Position numbers and translations under genes: made by a program. A stretch of DNA of 64,000 nucleotides from positions 1 through 64,000 of the forward strand of contig NW_005434493.1 of NCBI RefSeq assembly GCF_000315625.1, read 5' to 3'. The stretch is from Guillardia theta CCMP2712 (taxonomy: Eukaryota; Protista; Cryptophyta). The stretch's first letter is position 1. The number at the start of each line of letters is the position of its first letter. The notes under the pieces were generated by a model that saw only the letters and a list, made by a program, of their open reading frames with translations, ran no database searches and was not told where the DNA came from. Shown here in pieces: positions 33,718 to 49,596 of this stretch.

Positions 33718-34600
33718 TTTACTCAAAGTGCTTTCCGCCAAAGTGAATTAAAATAAACTGCCTACAGGGGGACGGCGAGAAGAGAAAAGACAGCGAGAAC
33801 CAAACCCAATCCTGCCGACTGCTGTCCCCCAAACTTAACTGATACCTTCGCTTAACTGCGCGCAGGACAAGTCCCCCGCGCGGCCATGCCAGCGATGTCG
33901 CGGTGGCCGCCGCCGAAGGAATGAGACACATACCGGGATGCACCCGCGATGATGGCAGCGAAGGACAGGGAGGCCTTGAGCTGACGAAAGATCCTGGACC
34001 GGATGCGTTTGCAAGTCGGATCACCTGAGACGTCTTGCGAGGCCGAGAGACCATCCAGCGCTGCCGTTTCCTTGTTCGCCGAGCGATCCGCCAGCCACCA
34101 CAGAAAGCGCAACGCATCGTCCTGCAAGAGGCCATCAGTGCTGGCGATGATGGGAAGAAAGGCCTTTGGCGGGACTGCATTACGATGCCCTCGGATCTTC
34201 CGCTGTGCTGCCGCTTGCAGTTTGCTCCGAGCCAGGTCCGGTATTCCATCATTGTCAAAAACATGTGACATGCTGAAGTCCAGGATTAACCCATGCCATC
34301 CGCCTCCAGTAGCCATCAGTTGTGGAAGTTCGAAGTCCCCTACATGATGATCTTCAGGGCCGTGTTGGGAAACGTTCTGCCCTAGTAGTGCCGGGTACGC
34401 CTTGCCATGTGGACACGGCATCTCACTCCGGAATCTTTGATGAGGGTACTGAGGACGGCATTGCAGGGCTGCGGTGCCTGCAGGTTGCCATGTGTGTGGT
34501 CCCCCCAGGATGACGGAGAAGATGTCAGCGGCAGCCACCAAGCTGATGGGCCGGGCTGCTGCTCAAAGATCCCAAGGTTTGTACTTTCCATAATCGAGTG
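33718..34600 (-). mobile_element. 3' fragment of a CRE-like RLE non-LTR retrotransposon
   Basis: GDFEL...LILDFSMSH...RKIRGH...FLPIIASTDGLL...ALRFLWWLA resembles the CRE-type C-terminus; ends in TTTGAGTAAA. Confidence 0.65.
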
Positions 34601-35736
34601 CCAAATCGTGCGCTGAGGGGTAAACTGACACAGAAGTTCATCAACCGGGTGGCCTGGTACCGTCTCGAAGGGGAGTAGAGAAGCTGGAGTGGTGTGCCAA
34701 CAAAGATCTCTGGCGCTCAGAAAGGTGAGCCCGAATACTGCGGAACCGAGGAAACTCCGCTTTAACTTAACTTTGAGTAAAGTAGTAGTGCTTGCGGCGT
34801 CAGCCGCTCCTGACCCGACTCCCGGCCCGCCGCCGGCTTAGACTCTGATAGACTCTATTGGCCTTGCAAGACGGGTGGTTTTCAGAATCATGTACCCCGT
34901 GTTGGGGTAGGGTATCCTGAGTTCCAGAAATAGCGCAAGGGCCGCGCAATGTTCGGACTCCTGCAGCAGGTACGATGAAGGGAGAGAGAAACGCAACCGA
35001 TGACGAGCGCGTAATGTCAAGTTTAACCCATCAAATACATGATAGTTCACGACGCGTAGAGAGCATTGATTTGTTGTCATCACTTGGATTCGTGATGATC
35101 ACGCAAGTAGTTGTAAGTGATGGTGTTTGCACCAGTAAAATGCGATGTTTGTCCTGTGGCGGTTAGGATTGTTGAGAGAAGGGCATGACGATCACAGAGA
35201 ATTGATGCTAAGATGTTCTTGATGTAATTTTGCGGTGTTCTTTATGTCTTGGAATGTGTGAAGTTAGGAGATAGATTCGAGACATGGTTTGAGGCCTTAG
35301 ACCATTGTACTCGAGAGAAATTAGAAAGTTGTTTGAGTCAATACGATTCTCAGAGATGATAGGCTAATTGTTGATGTTTTTTTTATGCTCCATATGATCG
35401 AAGAAATGAGACTCTTCTCATGCAAAGCATTTGTATGTAGCAACATACTTGTTTTTATGCCAGAACGAAATGACCATCAAGCATCGAAGGGCTGATTTAT
35501 AGTGTTTTCTAATGCCGTTACCGAGATCTTTGATGTTCTATATCACGCTCATGAAATTGTTACTTGCATTCACTTACACTAGCAAATCTGATGATGTTGT
35601 AAACATAGCTTTTTAGTATAGTACCTGTCATGATAACAAGCGTGTCTTGGTCGATTTGAATACGATTCTGAAGTTGCTTGTTACGACATTCTAATCTCAA
35701 CTTCTTTTGATGTTTCCAAATGTTAACTTTGAATAG

Positions 35737-36037
35737 ACCGCAGCGGCCTCCGAGTACGGTGGACCTACACCCACGGCCCACGTTGATGCAGATCAGTATC
35801 TTGGATTCGTAGGCATCCCGAAGCCCCCTGTGAGATCTTATGCTGCCTGAAAGATCATTCGCCGATCCTTGACTTGTTCCGCAGCCTGGATACCTCCCAC
35901 CTCTTGGCGCCAGCGCATACACCTGGCCGAACATCTTCAAGAACATGAAGCGCATGGACTACTGCGTAGACAAGTTTGACTTCTTGGGCAACAGGGTTGC
36001 TTGTATCAATAAGTTCACTGGACCCCTGCTGAGCTAA
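35737..36037 (+). CDS. Last two exons (35737-35829, 35885-36037) of an unknown small protein
   Basis: A 55-nt GT-AG intron joins TAAASEYGG...PKPP to PGYLPP...GPLLS* in frame; GC3-rich codons. Confidence 0.55.
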
Positions 36038-36319
36038 GAGTATTTGATCAAGCATAGACAATGAATCTTGCGGATGATGTTGGAGTACTCATGTAGGCGT
36101 TTCTTTTTGGAATTGGTTCGGGCAGAAGTTAAATACATCCAACTTGTGACATCTATGCACGACAGATCGTCGTCAGCAACACTTTACACCCATACTTGAT
36201 TCTCAACTTCTCCATCAATCATGTACACTAGTGATTTCAAAGTGATGCAAAAATTTGCGAAATCCATCTTTTCAGCGAAGCTATATGTAGTATCCAAACA
36301 AAGTGCAAGGGACGGGCTT

Positions 36320-38434
<2,115 letters not shown>

Positions 38435-39547
38435 ACCTGTATAATGAGTTACAATAATAGTTCAGTTTATGTATTGAGCGTCGTAGTCAAACATATGTTC
38501 AAAACATGAGAGACACTTCAGCTAAAATTGCAGGCTTTCCCGAAGCTCTTTAGCGATTTCCTGGTTCGATTCTTCATGGCTCAGCAATCATTTTTCCACC
38601 TCCACTACGCTCTGATCAAGTTTCTCCACCTATATTTTTGATTCCTTGCCACACATGACTTTCTTTAACATCTTAGTTTCGTCATCATGGGCTACTTTGT
38701 TCGAACATTATGCTGTATTTCTCCTCTTTCTCCCTGGCTTGCCTAGCATGCTACAACGCAGTCAAAGGCGATCAAGGGCAAGCATACACAGTGCTAGTAG
38801 AGTCTTTTCTTTTCCTCCCCTACTGCTCGCTACACCTGGTACTACACAAACAATTGTATTTTAAATTAAAAATTATTGCTATCATATTATTACATAAAGT
38901 TTTAAGATTAGTCAATACAACAAAACCTAAAGTACCGAGGTAGGGGAAGAACATATTTAAAAACAATTTAATAGAATCTTAGACCGATAAAAAATTATTA
39001 ACTTTAAAATCATTACGACAAAATAGATAAAACGTTTTTGATGTGTTATTTAGGACATCCTATTTTTTCCTATGCACCCATCTATGACCCACTAGGTCCT
39101 TCCTCGTCGGCGAGGAGGCCTCTGCCATCCGTTGACCCTCCGTGAGTTCGCTCAATTTCATTAAAATGAAACCTTGATATGTATATTTGAAATATCTTTA
39201 TTGCTATTTGAAAACGTCTAGGATTTGTGATCGAGAGGGTTAACGCGACGGGAAACCATGATGCGCGTCGGCGGCGCAATGGCAGCTTTCAGGTACCCCA
39301 GAGCGAACTTTTAAGCGCAATGCCTGGAATGCTGGAATGCTAGAAGAAGGAGTAGTCCTGAGACATGCTTGACTGAATCCTCTGGCTTCCTATGCCCCCT
39401 CGAGCTAGTTTTCTTCTGTCAAGTGCATCCATGCATTCATGACTCTTTCTTTGGGGCGTTACCGTAGGAATCACATATCTTAGTTATCCAGATAATTTGC
39501 TCTGCCATTTTGTATTCAATGGTAGACACGAGGTATTTGAGATAGAA

Positions 39548-40965
39548 ATGTCCCGCTTGCATTTTGTTTGCATGTCTTTTTTTTGAATTCTTGTGACTGA
39601 TTTCGATTCAGGAGTGCTGCGAGCGTATCGATTTCAAAATCAGCGGCATGGAAGCCTTTGTCAACAATCAGCAGAAGGCAGATGTCAGTTTCAGCGAAGG
39701 CTTTGACATATTCTTCGCGTGTGAAACCGGGAGACGAACTTATCATGAATGTGGACGAAAGCACCCTGGCAAAACCATCAGGCTCTCAATCTCTAGTCAG
39801 ATTTCTAGCATCATCAATTTCCCCGACCGATTACGTGGTGATGCATGCCCAGGATGATTCTTCAGTGCCTTCTCCCCCGACAATGTCCAAAAAGAGGTTT
39901 GTTCAGGCTCATGATATCAAGCCAGTTCACGCCATTCATCACGTTTTCGACAAGTTGCCTTCGCTGCCGGCTGTTGGGGGTGTTGAAGGGGTGGCAGTCG
40001 TGGAGGAGTCTGGTCCTAATTCCAAGCTCAAAGTGGGTGATTGGGTGATCCCTCTTCCCGGAGTTGGTACATGGAGGACTCATGCACTACTTGATGAATC
40101 ACAAGTGATTCCCGTACGCAATGACATTCAACCTGAATATGCTGCAGTGTTGGGTCTTGGACCAGCTACAGCATACAGATTGTTTCATGATTTTGTCAAT
40201 CTGAAGGAGGGAGACTGGATTGTTTTGAACTACAGTGACTCTCTCGTTGGGCAAACCGTGGTTCAACTTGCAGCAAAGAAGGGAGTGAAAGTGATTGCAA
40301 TGCTTACACCATACCAGTACATTCAAGTGTTCTCGGCGCATCTGAAAGCGCTGGGAGTGGACATCGTGGTCAATGAGAATGTTGTGAATACATGGAGCAT
40401 GCGGGAAATGCTTTCGGAATTGCCTCCTGTTAAGCTCGGACTCGATTGCCTTGGGGGTGATTCTGGTCGAAAGGTTGCCAGAGTAGTTGGAAAGAATGGA
40501 ACTTTCGTCTCATATGGAAATGTCGATGCTTCTGGGTATTATGCATCCTACAAACCCTTCATGATCCCAAAAGACAAGAACTTGAACATCCAGGTGCCCT
40601 CCTGATATTCTTTTTGCAAAAATGTTTTGTGTTTGATTGACATCTATGCAGCAATTTCTTCTCAGCAGTTGGTTAGCGAAGGCATCACAAGATGAAAAAA
40701 AGAAGATGATAGACGATCTTGCCACAATGGTAGATATATGTTTGCTTGCTTCGTTTCTATACCTGGCCCTCAAAGCCGTTGGTCAGGTCAAAGACACCAA
40801 GCTTCATCTTTTGATGGAGCGCAAACCCTTTGAAAGCCATCGACTGGTGAGTTTCCAAGATTTGGTTCTTTTTCTTGCAAGATTTGCAGCCTGAACAAAT
40901 CTTAGGCATTGAGGCTCGGATGGGAGATGATGCGAGACCGTCGCCTTGTGATGACCATGAACTAA
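39548..40965 (+). CDS. MECR: Mitochondrial trans-2-enoyl-ACP/CoA reductase (MDR family); start uncertain
   Basis: LPAVGGVEGVAVV, GTWRTH, PATAYRLFHDFVNLKEGDW, VGQTVVQLA; S/R-rich presequence; short 3' exons. Confidence 0.85.
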
Positions 40966-41159
40966 AACGAAGCGCGAATTCAATCTTCACCAGGAACTAG
41001 CATTATCTGTAAATGATATTTCAAGCACACTTATGCTGTTTGATGAACTGTGCCACTCAATTGCATTTGAGTAGAATATTGATTTAAACTCTACTCGAAT
41101 CTGCTTTCCCTTTTCGTTTGTGCTTCGGTTGGAATCACATCACGTCATATCACATCACA

Positions 41160-41832
41160 TCACTTCGAATAGAAATGTGCAGGCGCATACTTCACAACCT
41201 CAGCAGCCTCTGCCAAGGACCTGGTGATAATGTCAAAGAAACAACAGAGTGATTCACAGAAATGACTTCGCAAAGCTCCTTCCGATCCTTCCTCATCTTT
41301 TTGATTTCCTTCCCTTGTTGCTGTCGTGAAGAAAAAAAAGAGATAAAAAAGTTTAAGTTGGTTACAGCGCATCGAAGTTCTGCACCTGAGCCTTGCGAAT
41401 ATCAGCTTGCCATCTCGGGACATTTCCTGATTTCTGAAGCAGAGTATGAGAGAAACATGTCTCCCTTTGCAGGCATGCTTACATCCTTCTTTCTGATCTC
41501 CTCAAGCTGCTTCTTGACATCCTCTGGAGTTTGTGCAGCTGGAGCGCTTTGAATAGGCACTGGTTCTGCTGCAAGAACAGATGAACTTCCAAGAGCTGTG
41601 ACAAGGCCTGCGAAAGTAATGATATCATTCAAAACAATGTATCACTTGGATTCTGAAGTTTACCTGACGCTAAGGTTGTCATAGCTGCTCTCCGAGACAT
41701 GTCCCTGCATGCAGAGACCTCCACACTTGATTTTTCAAGAGACATAGACGGGAAGGTGGAGGGGAGAGAGAAAGACATTGCCACTGGCAAGCAGCAAACG
41801 AAGGCCGCGATCGTCATTCGAACAAAAGCCAT
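41160..41832 (-). CDS. Small multi-exon plastid protein, probably thylakoid lumen
   Basis: Signal peptide ending AMS-F, transit peptide, SRR followed by a hydrophobic stretch and VLA (Tat-like). Confidence 0.65.
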
Positions 41833-42037
41833 TTTGATGGTTTATATGACTTCGCTCCGAGGCTCTGTTGGCCACCTGCAAGCATGAAACGGTTCTGTAA
41901 CCGTTTCTCAAGGTCATTCAAGAAATTTACTATGTTACTTTTACGTTGTATCCGGTTGTGCCCCCGCACCTCTACCAGTTAACTGAAGTTTTTGAGAGGA
42001 CGTTATTAGTTAGGGGCTGGCCCGTTGGCTGCTCTCT

Positions 42038-42769
42038 ATGCGACTCAATCGAATGGCAAGGGAGCGCGGGATGCTAATGAGCCTGGTGGCAATTAGCGTC
42101 ATGGCTCGCTCCTCGTCCTCCTTTAGCTCTGCTTTTTCTGCGTCACCCTGGTGTAGTCAGACTCTGAGAAGCGTGGCCAGAGAGAGGGGGGGCGGTGAAG
42201 CCGGGGATGGAAGGATCGAAATGATCCTAGGCCCCATGTTTGCTGGGAAGAGCACAGAACTAATGCGAAGAATGCGTAGACACAAACTCGCGAATCTTCA
42301 ATGCATCATCATCAAATACGAAAAAGATCTCCGTCACGGTGAGGGGTTAGATAAGCTTGCCACACATGATAATCATAGGGTTGCTGCTGTGCCTTGCTCG
42401 CGATTGTACGATCTTTTCAAAGAAGCTTCGAGCATGGACGTGATAGGAATCGACGAAGCTCAGTTCTATCCGGATCTTGTTGCCTTTTGCGAAGAACTTG
42501 CTGAGATGGGAAAGATTATCATTCTCTCAGCACTTGATGGCGATTTCCGACGCGAACCGTTTGGGGCAGTGACGAGTCTTGTGCCCAAAGCAGAGAGTAT
42601 CATCAAACTAACAGCTGTATGCAAGCTTTGTCATCAGGAGGCTTCTTTTACTCGCCGGACAACAGCCGATGTCGCGCTCGAGGCCATTGGAGGTGAAGAG
42701 ATGTACATGCCCACCTGTCGAAAGTGTTTTCGGGCACCTTTGCCTTCACGGGAGACAGGAGGGGAGTGA
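42038..42769 (+). CDS. TK1: Thymidine kinase (TK1 type) with N-terminal targeting extension
   Basis: GPMFAGKSTEL, VIGIDEAQF, ALDGDF, CKLC...CRKC. Confidence 0.95.
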   Translation: MRLNRMARERGMLMSLVAISVMARSSSSFSSAFSASPWCSQTLRSVARERGGGEAGDGRIEMILGPMFAGKSTELMRRMRRHKLANLQCIIIKYEKDLRHGEGLDKLATHDNHRVAAVPCSRLYDLFKEASSMDVIGIDEAQFYPDLVAFCEELAEMGKIIILSALDGDFRREPFGAVTSLVPKAESIIKLTAVCKLCHQEASFTRRTTADVALEAIGGEEMYMPTCRKCFRAPLPSRETGGE

Positions 42770-42889
42770 TGTCCGACGACTCTTAGATGCCGCAATGCGT
42801 AAAATCATTTCAATGACTCTCTCAAGTGTTGATCCACACGAAAAAAATATGCTAGATGTACAAAGTTTGTTGCATTCACAACTCCTTGA

Positions 42890-45800
42890 GATGTAAAATT
42901 GCAAATTCGCTGATAGTCCATCTGCATGCTTTGTTATTACCATCACAGCATACAAACTGTTTTCTGACCCTGTGAAAGATCCTGCCAGAAATGTGCGCGG
43001 ATTTTGACCTGAAGGACATCGATATGTGCCCCCGAGGAGGGAGCGAGATCGCAAAGGGACTTTGAGATCGAGAAGCCTGGAGGCAAGGTCAGCGTTCAAA
43101 CGGGCAACATTTAGCTTCACAGGTCAGCCCCTCGTTCGCCGCACGCAATGCACTGGTCTGGCACGATCTCCACGCCCGGGTGCTCTTGGTGCAACTTTGA
43201 CAACTTCGTGATGGGCCCAGGCTTGAGTCGGAACAGGAACGAGTCGTTGGTGAGCCCAACAGATCTCCTCCTGACAGCCGGTTTAGGGCTGAAGCATCCG
43301 AAGACGTGGTCCTCAACTCGGACAATAACCAGCAGCGGCGCATTCAGGGTGAGACGAGGAGATTTGAGCAGCTCGCTCTCGAACCCGTCGCGCGATGCCA
43401 GGAATGTCGTCATGCCCACAGTCAAACGTTTGCATCCTGTCCACTCCAGCAAAGTGCTCAGCTGCTCTTCATTGAGCCCAAGACGTTGTGAGAAGCTAAA
43501 ATGTCTGCTTGTCGCTCGTCTCTCCTCCAATGGCCCAGTAGGCCCATGCTCTGAGTCATTTATCGCGAGCCTGACGTGTTCTTCCCCTTCATCAGCGGGG
43601 GTAAAGTCGCCCGGAGACAACTTGATCTGCCCTTGTCTGTCGACAAACACGGCAAGCTCGGTTGCCTCGAACGAAGTGAGGCCCCTCAACCACTCGCTTC
43701 CCTCCACCTCTTCAGGGGCACTGAAAGTGGCTCCGAGCTGCAGCAAACATTTCGTCCGGTTTCGCAAGTCCAAGAAGAGGTCTGGACCTCTTCCAAAGAT
43801 GAGACCAGAATCGTAGAACTTTCCGTCGATTAGTTGTAGAGTACAAGAATGAAGAATAGCAAATGCAGCATGGCGCTTCAAAGGACATTTCACAAACTGA
43901 GGAACCTGCGGATCTTGCGTCTGAAACGAGAAGAGGAAGGCATCAGCATCTGTCTTATAGCCTCCATACCGCGACCATGGGATTGAAGAGAACGCACCCA
44001 TGTAACAAGAGCTTTCTTTTCCCTTGGTTCGGATTCTGCAACTCACAAGAAAGAATATTTTCTCGAGATTCTCGAGCGTGCTGTGTAGTATATTGATATT
44101 CCAGTTTTCTTTTGATGCCAGGTAAACCAGATTTTCATGAGAGAGAGTCTGTCGTATCCCCTCTTCTAAGCATTTCTTCTCCTCGGCATTCAAGCTCATA
44201 GATGGCGATAAATTCAATGTCTGTGAGAAATTATTTTGCCACGGGACGTGTTGTTCATGCACTGAGGAATAATTTTCGCTTTCAACGATGCTCGTCCTTC
44301 TTGAAAGTGCATAATCGACTTCTCTGATTCTTTCTCTAACAGAATTTCTTGCGAAGTGACACCTTACAGCCAACTGTATCACCATGACTGATCGCATGAA
44401 TCTCATTCTGATGCGCTTGGGCCACCCGAAGTCTTGTGGGATGGGCATAAAGTGCGAGTGTTTCACGTAGTAAACTGTAAGTCTCTTGTACATGCGCAGA
44501 GTTGTCGGGTGTCCCACCATCTTGTGCGCAAGGAACGCGAGGGAAACAGGAAGTTCCATGGCCGACAAGCGACGAAACTTCACCAACAGAAACAATCGAT
44601 GCAGGTGCCCTCGGAACACGCTCTGCAACAGCATGGCAGACGAGAATGCTTGGTGCGAATAGGGTGCATGAGTCCGATCACACTTGAAAACTCTCTCGGC
44701 AATTCGTAGTTTGTCTCCTCGCCACGCGAAGTCTTGCTGGAAGTTGAAGGCCAGCTTTGAGCTCAACCTCCTGACCTGACTTCGATCTACCTGATTCGCT
44801 GGGAATGCGGAGAAGGGACGACTCGGCGAGTCTCGTCTTGTCACCTGCCTTGGAATCGCCGTCATCGGTCGAGCGGGTCGCGGGGAGGTTGCTGTTGGAG
44901 ATGAAAACGACGATGGCGCATCGTCTGCACAGATGGCGTTACCAAGAAAGAACAATCGTGGCTGATTCACCTTGCTTGTTTTTGCTCTGTACCTCCGCCA
45001 ATGTCTTTTCTACATATCCCGGGTGCTTGCTTGTGGTGATATCAAGCATGTCGTGAAGGTAAAGAATCCCGTCGTCGGATGATCTCTTACTCCAGCCCGG
45101 AGGCAAGGATCCATCTCCAATCAGAATTTTGATGACATACATGGGGGCTGAAGTGACGAGGGAGTTGACGGCACAGAACGCTTGGAGGGTGAGGAGATAC
45201 TTGGAGAAATACTTGTAGAGCGGCTCCCACGTTTCCCTTCCCTTCCGCATGTCTACCACATGCACTCGAATCTTTCTTTCGGGAAAGTTCGCTGGAAAAC
45301 TCACCATGTCCTTTGTGCACCTTGCACAGACTCCCTCCCATTCAGCACAGGGGCAGCTTCCGAACCTCTGGTCGAAGTCGAGCACGAAGCCACCTGTCCT
45401 TGCGACAGCCTCATCCATGAACCCTTGCAGCGTCAGGTCGTATGTCGACGCCTCGAGCTGCGTGCGAACCCCGACGGGTTTACCTCTTGAGAGCAGCACG
45501 ACTCCCTTCAAGGTCACAAACTCACTCGGCGCCTCGGAGCTTCTCCGCACGCGGATGGCACAAGCGGGGCCTTGAACAACGTGGAGCAGATCCTTGTCGT
45601 CCAGAAACTCTCGGAGGTGACGGACGCACTGGTCGTTGTCTTCCAGCCAGACCTGAGCCAAGTCATCGCAAGCACTTGGGATGAGAAGAAATAACCTTTA
45701 AGCTCTTCGCTCGATCTTCCACAACAAGACGACCTGAAGTTCATAAGATCAAAACTTTCATACCAACATCGAGTTGCAGACCATATCTCTCCAGTCCGCA

Positions 45801-47620
45801 AGAATTTCTAGTTTTTATTTTGCATCCATCGTATCTCATCCATTGTTGCGTAATGTTTGAACTGTTACTATTCCTCCTTGCAGTTGACAGGGCAGGCACA
45901 GTGCTGCTCTGTGGGCTTCTTACTTTAGATGACATCGAAGACCTTTTGATGTCTTTGTAGTTAGACGCTATCGCTGATTCAACCTGACCCTCGCTCCACA
46001 TGACTTCATCGTCGGCTGAATGATCGTTATGATGGTATTCGAACGTGATTTTGATGTCCTTGACATTGCTTGTTATCTTTCCATTGCGCAACTCAGATGC
46101 CATGTCATAAAACTGCTCACTGAGCTCATTGTAAATACCATCCAAGCTTCTGGAAGTCGCTTGCAATGCACGAGACATATCTATGAACACTATGATGGAA
46201 CCAAGTTGAAGTCTGTCGACTATGATCTAAATATCTTCAGTCAGCCAGTGTGTGGTACATGCCAGTATACGCTTACCTCTTCAGGTCTCAGGTCCAAACA
46301 GTTTGCAAGCTCATTCTGAAGCTTTGCAACGAAGTAATCTTTAATTGCCATGATTTCCTTGTAGTTCATGTCTAATTCGAGGATCAGCATGGGACGCACA
46401 GAAATTTCCTCGTTGACTGGTGCTTCTTCTTCTTCCTGACTGGTGGAACCGTTAGAAAGCGCCTCTAGTTGTTGGTCGCCTTGTTCAGAATCTTTGTCAA
46501 AAATTTCAAAGCGCTGAGCATTTATGGATGAACGCTGTTTCCATCGGTCGAATGGCGGCTTGCCGTCGAGCTCTCCTTCTCTCGATAAGTAGATATCTTT
46601 GTCTGACATGATGGCTTGTTGCTCGTGCTGCCCCCTATTATCGTGTTTTGCACTTGAAGGACGCGCAGGTCTGGTCGAGGGTGCTGCCAAGCTCTGTCTG
46701 CCTGCTTTGAAGTGCGATGGAGGCGTTAAACTTGAAGGGCTTGGAACTTTATCGGGAGAAGCTGCAGCATGCTGCAACTGCAACGCCTTGCGAGATGAAA
46801 CAACTGACCTTGCCTTGTGCGCCAGGTATGCCAAGCCTATGACCGAAGACGCTGACAACATGACGGTGAAGTCACGTCGTAGCAAACATCGTTTGATCGA
46901 TGCTGCTATCACCTCGGCTGCGGAGATTTCATTCCATACCAGCACGACGTCGAGCCAGTCGCTGAGCATGAGAGGAGCATGCTGACGCTTCTTACCATCA
47001 CCCGGCAACTGCTTAAGGTCGAAGTGGACCTGCAGCTCCGTCAACTGGAACTTTTGTTGAGCACCTGCTCGGCCCCAGGCTGCCTCGCGATGGAGAACAT
47101 TGCTAGAGGAGCTTGAAACTTGGAAGTCGATTTGAACAACCAAGTCCTCTGATATGTGAAGCTTCGGGAATGCAGAACGGGCATCTCTTCGATTGCAGCT
47201 ATGCTTGTCGCCAAGCTGATCCTGGAGGATCGTTCCCACTGCATGGCCAGATTCTTCTCGCTCTAGTCTCCCGTGGTCCTGATAGTAAACGCGAGAGAGC
47301 TCTCGTTGATCTGCAAGAGCCTTTCCATCAGGTAGGTCCAGGTCAACGACGAAAGATGCGGAAAGACGGCGAAAACTTTTCATCTCCCTCAGTCAAGGCT
47401 GCTTCCGAACTTGCTCGACCATCTGTAATGCCGCGATTAGGACATCGTGGCACTTCGATCATCCAACACAAAAGCTTGTTCTGTGACGTGCATGTAGGAA
47501 ATTCTATCCATCGCAAGCACTTCGCTCCTGTTGTTGCAAGCCATGCAGACGGTCTCGGAAGCCTACTAACGGGCGGGCACTCGTCGAGTCGGAGAAGTCG
47601 AGCTGACCTCGTGAGAGTAT
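42890..47620 (-). CDS. Large multi-exon protein (or adjacent genes) with IQ motifs, a WW-like motif and two TLDc domains; limits approximate
   Basis: LQSVFRGH and IQLAVRCH; LPPGWSKR; MGAFSSIPW..DAFLFS..IFGRGPDL; ASRDGF..VFGCFS..DSFLFRL. Confidence 0.65.
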
Positions 47621-48547
47621 AATGAAAGAAACAAGGGCAGCAAGTACTTAATAGTCTTTCCTTCCAGTACACCACTGGTGCCTTGAAAGACCGATGTCCA
47701 CCGATGACGGTCCGATAATCACACGGCGGCGGCGCGGCACTACGCCGGGCCACGGGCTTTTATTAGTTTTTACTCAAAGTTAAGTTAAAAATCAGTACAA
47801 GGACAATCAGGAGACCGTCTGTAGGGGAGTCGAGAGTTATTTAGGGGTGGGTCACCACCGACCCGGTCCCGGACCGAACGGTCCCGGCCGCTCAGTGATC
47901 GGACTCAGACGGCTTCGGTAACCTGCGGGCCCGGCCGGGCCGGCGAAGCCTTGAACGGTTGTCGGCGGATCATCGGATCTTTTGCGATCCCCGAGAAGCA
48001 GACTTATTTTTACTCACATTTGAGCTAATTAGATAATTTGTAGTTAAAATAAAGAGAAAGCTGTTAAAATAAAGAGAAAGCTGTTAATTTAGTTTAAAAG
48101 CAAGGAGGGCCTTATTAATAAAGAAGCGGCCCCTGCTTCCACCAGAGGCCGACAGAGGATGGTGAAGTCAAGCAGTTCTTCTTCAACCCTCTTCCCCAAT
48201 ACCCTCATCATTTCCTTCACCTCCTCCTCCTCATCTTTTCTCTCCTCCTCCTCCTTATCTTTTCTCTCCTCCTCCGCCAATCTTCTTCGCCTCCTGCTCC
48301 TGTGCCCACGTGCCCTTCTCCCATCTTCTTCACCCCTCGAAAGAGGGACGAAACTGATTACTTGTCTCCTTGACTTCTCGAGAACTGACCCCTTCAGCGA
48401 TGCTGTTGTGTTGTTTCTTTCTTTTCATACGCGATTTCTCGTCGCATTTCCTTCTACAATTTCTTTGTTGTCTTGCTGGAACTGTACGACTTTCCAACCA
48501 CTGCTGCATTCCTCTCTTTTGCTCGTCTCGTGACTATCTGTGACAGC

Positions 48548-49522
48548 GTACTCTCCTGCTTCTTGCTACTATTGCATGCTCGTCGGCATGGATGCCTGCT
48601 GCTCCTGTTGCGAACCTCGGGCTCAGGACACGTGCGACCCTTCCGCTCAGCAGCAAGAGGAACATGGCTCCTCGTGCCATGACCAGGGTCAACATGCTCG
48701 GAAACCTCTTCGGAGGTGGAGCAGGTGGAGGCCCAGCTGGAGGAAAGGTGGTCTCTAAGTGCTTCTTTGATATCGAGATCGGTGGCAAGCCTGCAGGTAG
48801 GATGTTGTCCATCTCGGAATTGACATGACTGAAGCTTGGGAACAGGGCAGATCAAGATCGGCTTGTACGACGAGGTGAACATGACGCTGCTCGTGTTGTT
48901 GTTGATGATGTTTGCCATCAGGATGTGCCCAAGACTGCTGAGAACTTCAAGAAGCTCTGCACGAAGGAGCTTGGTACCTCCTTGCACTGCCGTAGAGAAA
49001 GAAACTCAATGCTTTGATCAGGCTTCGGATATGAGGGCAGCGACTTCCATCGCGTGATCGCAGATTTTATGCTGCAAGGAGGTGATTTCACCCGCGGAGA
49101 CGGCACAGGAGGCAAATCGATCTACGGAGAGAAGTGAGGTTTGTAGAAAAGCTTCTGTCTTGTAAGTCCATCGTCAGGTTCGCCGACGAGAACTTCAAGT
49201 TTAGGCACGCCAAACCCGGCCAGCTCTCCATGGCTAACGCGGGCCCCAACACCAACGGGTCTCAGTTCTTCATCACGACTGTTCCCTGCCCATGGCTTGA
49301 CGGAAAGCACGTCATCTTCGGCGAGGTAGACCACACTGTCTGCCGCTCCCTGGTGATGCTCCACAGGTGCTCGACGAGCAGTCGATGAAGGTCGTCAAGT
49401 TGATCGAGTCTCAGCCAACTGTGAGTAATGCCGCTAGCTAACAATCTGTCTGACGTCACTCACAGGACATGCGCGATCGTCCCAAGGCTGGTGTCAAGAT
49501 CGTCAAGGCGGGGGTCTTGTAA
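48548..49522 (+). CDS. Plastid-targeted cyclophilin PPIase (multi-exon; first exon not located)
   Basis: [73 protein letters not shown]. Confidence 0.93.
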
Positions 49523-49596
49523 AAATGCAGTTGCGCGTAGCAAGTCATCAGGGATTTAGTCTTATGATTGAAGGAGACCAGTGTCCCTTTTTTGTC

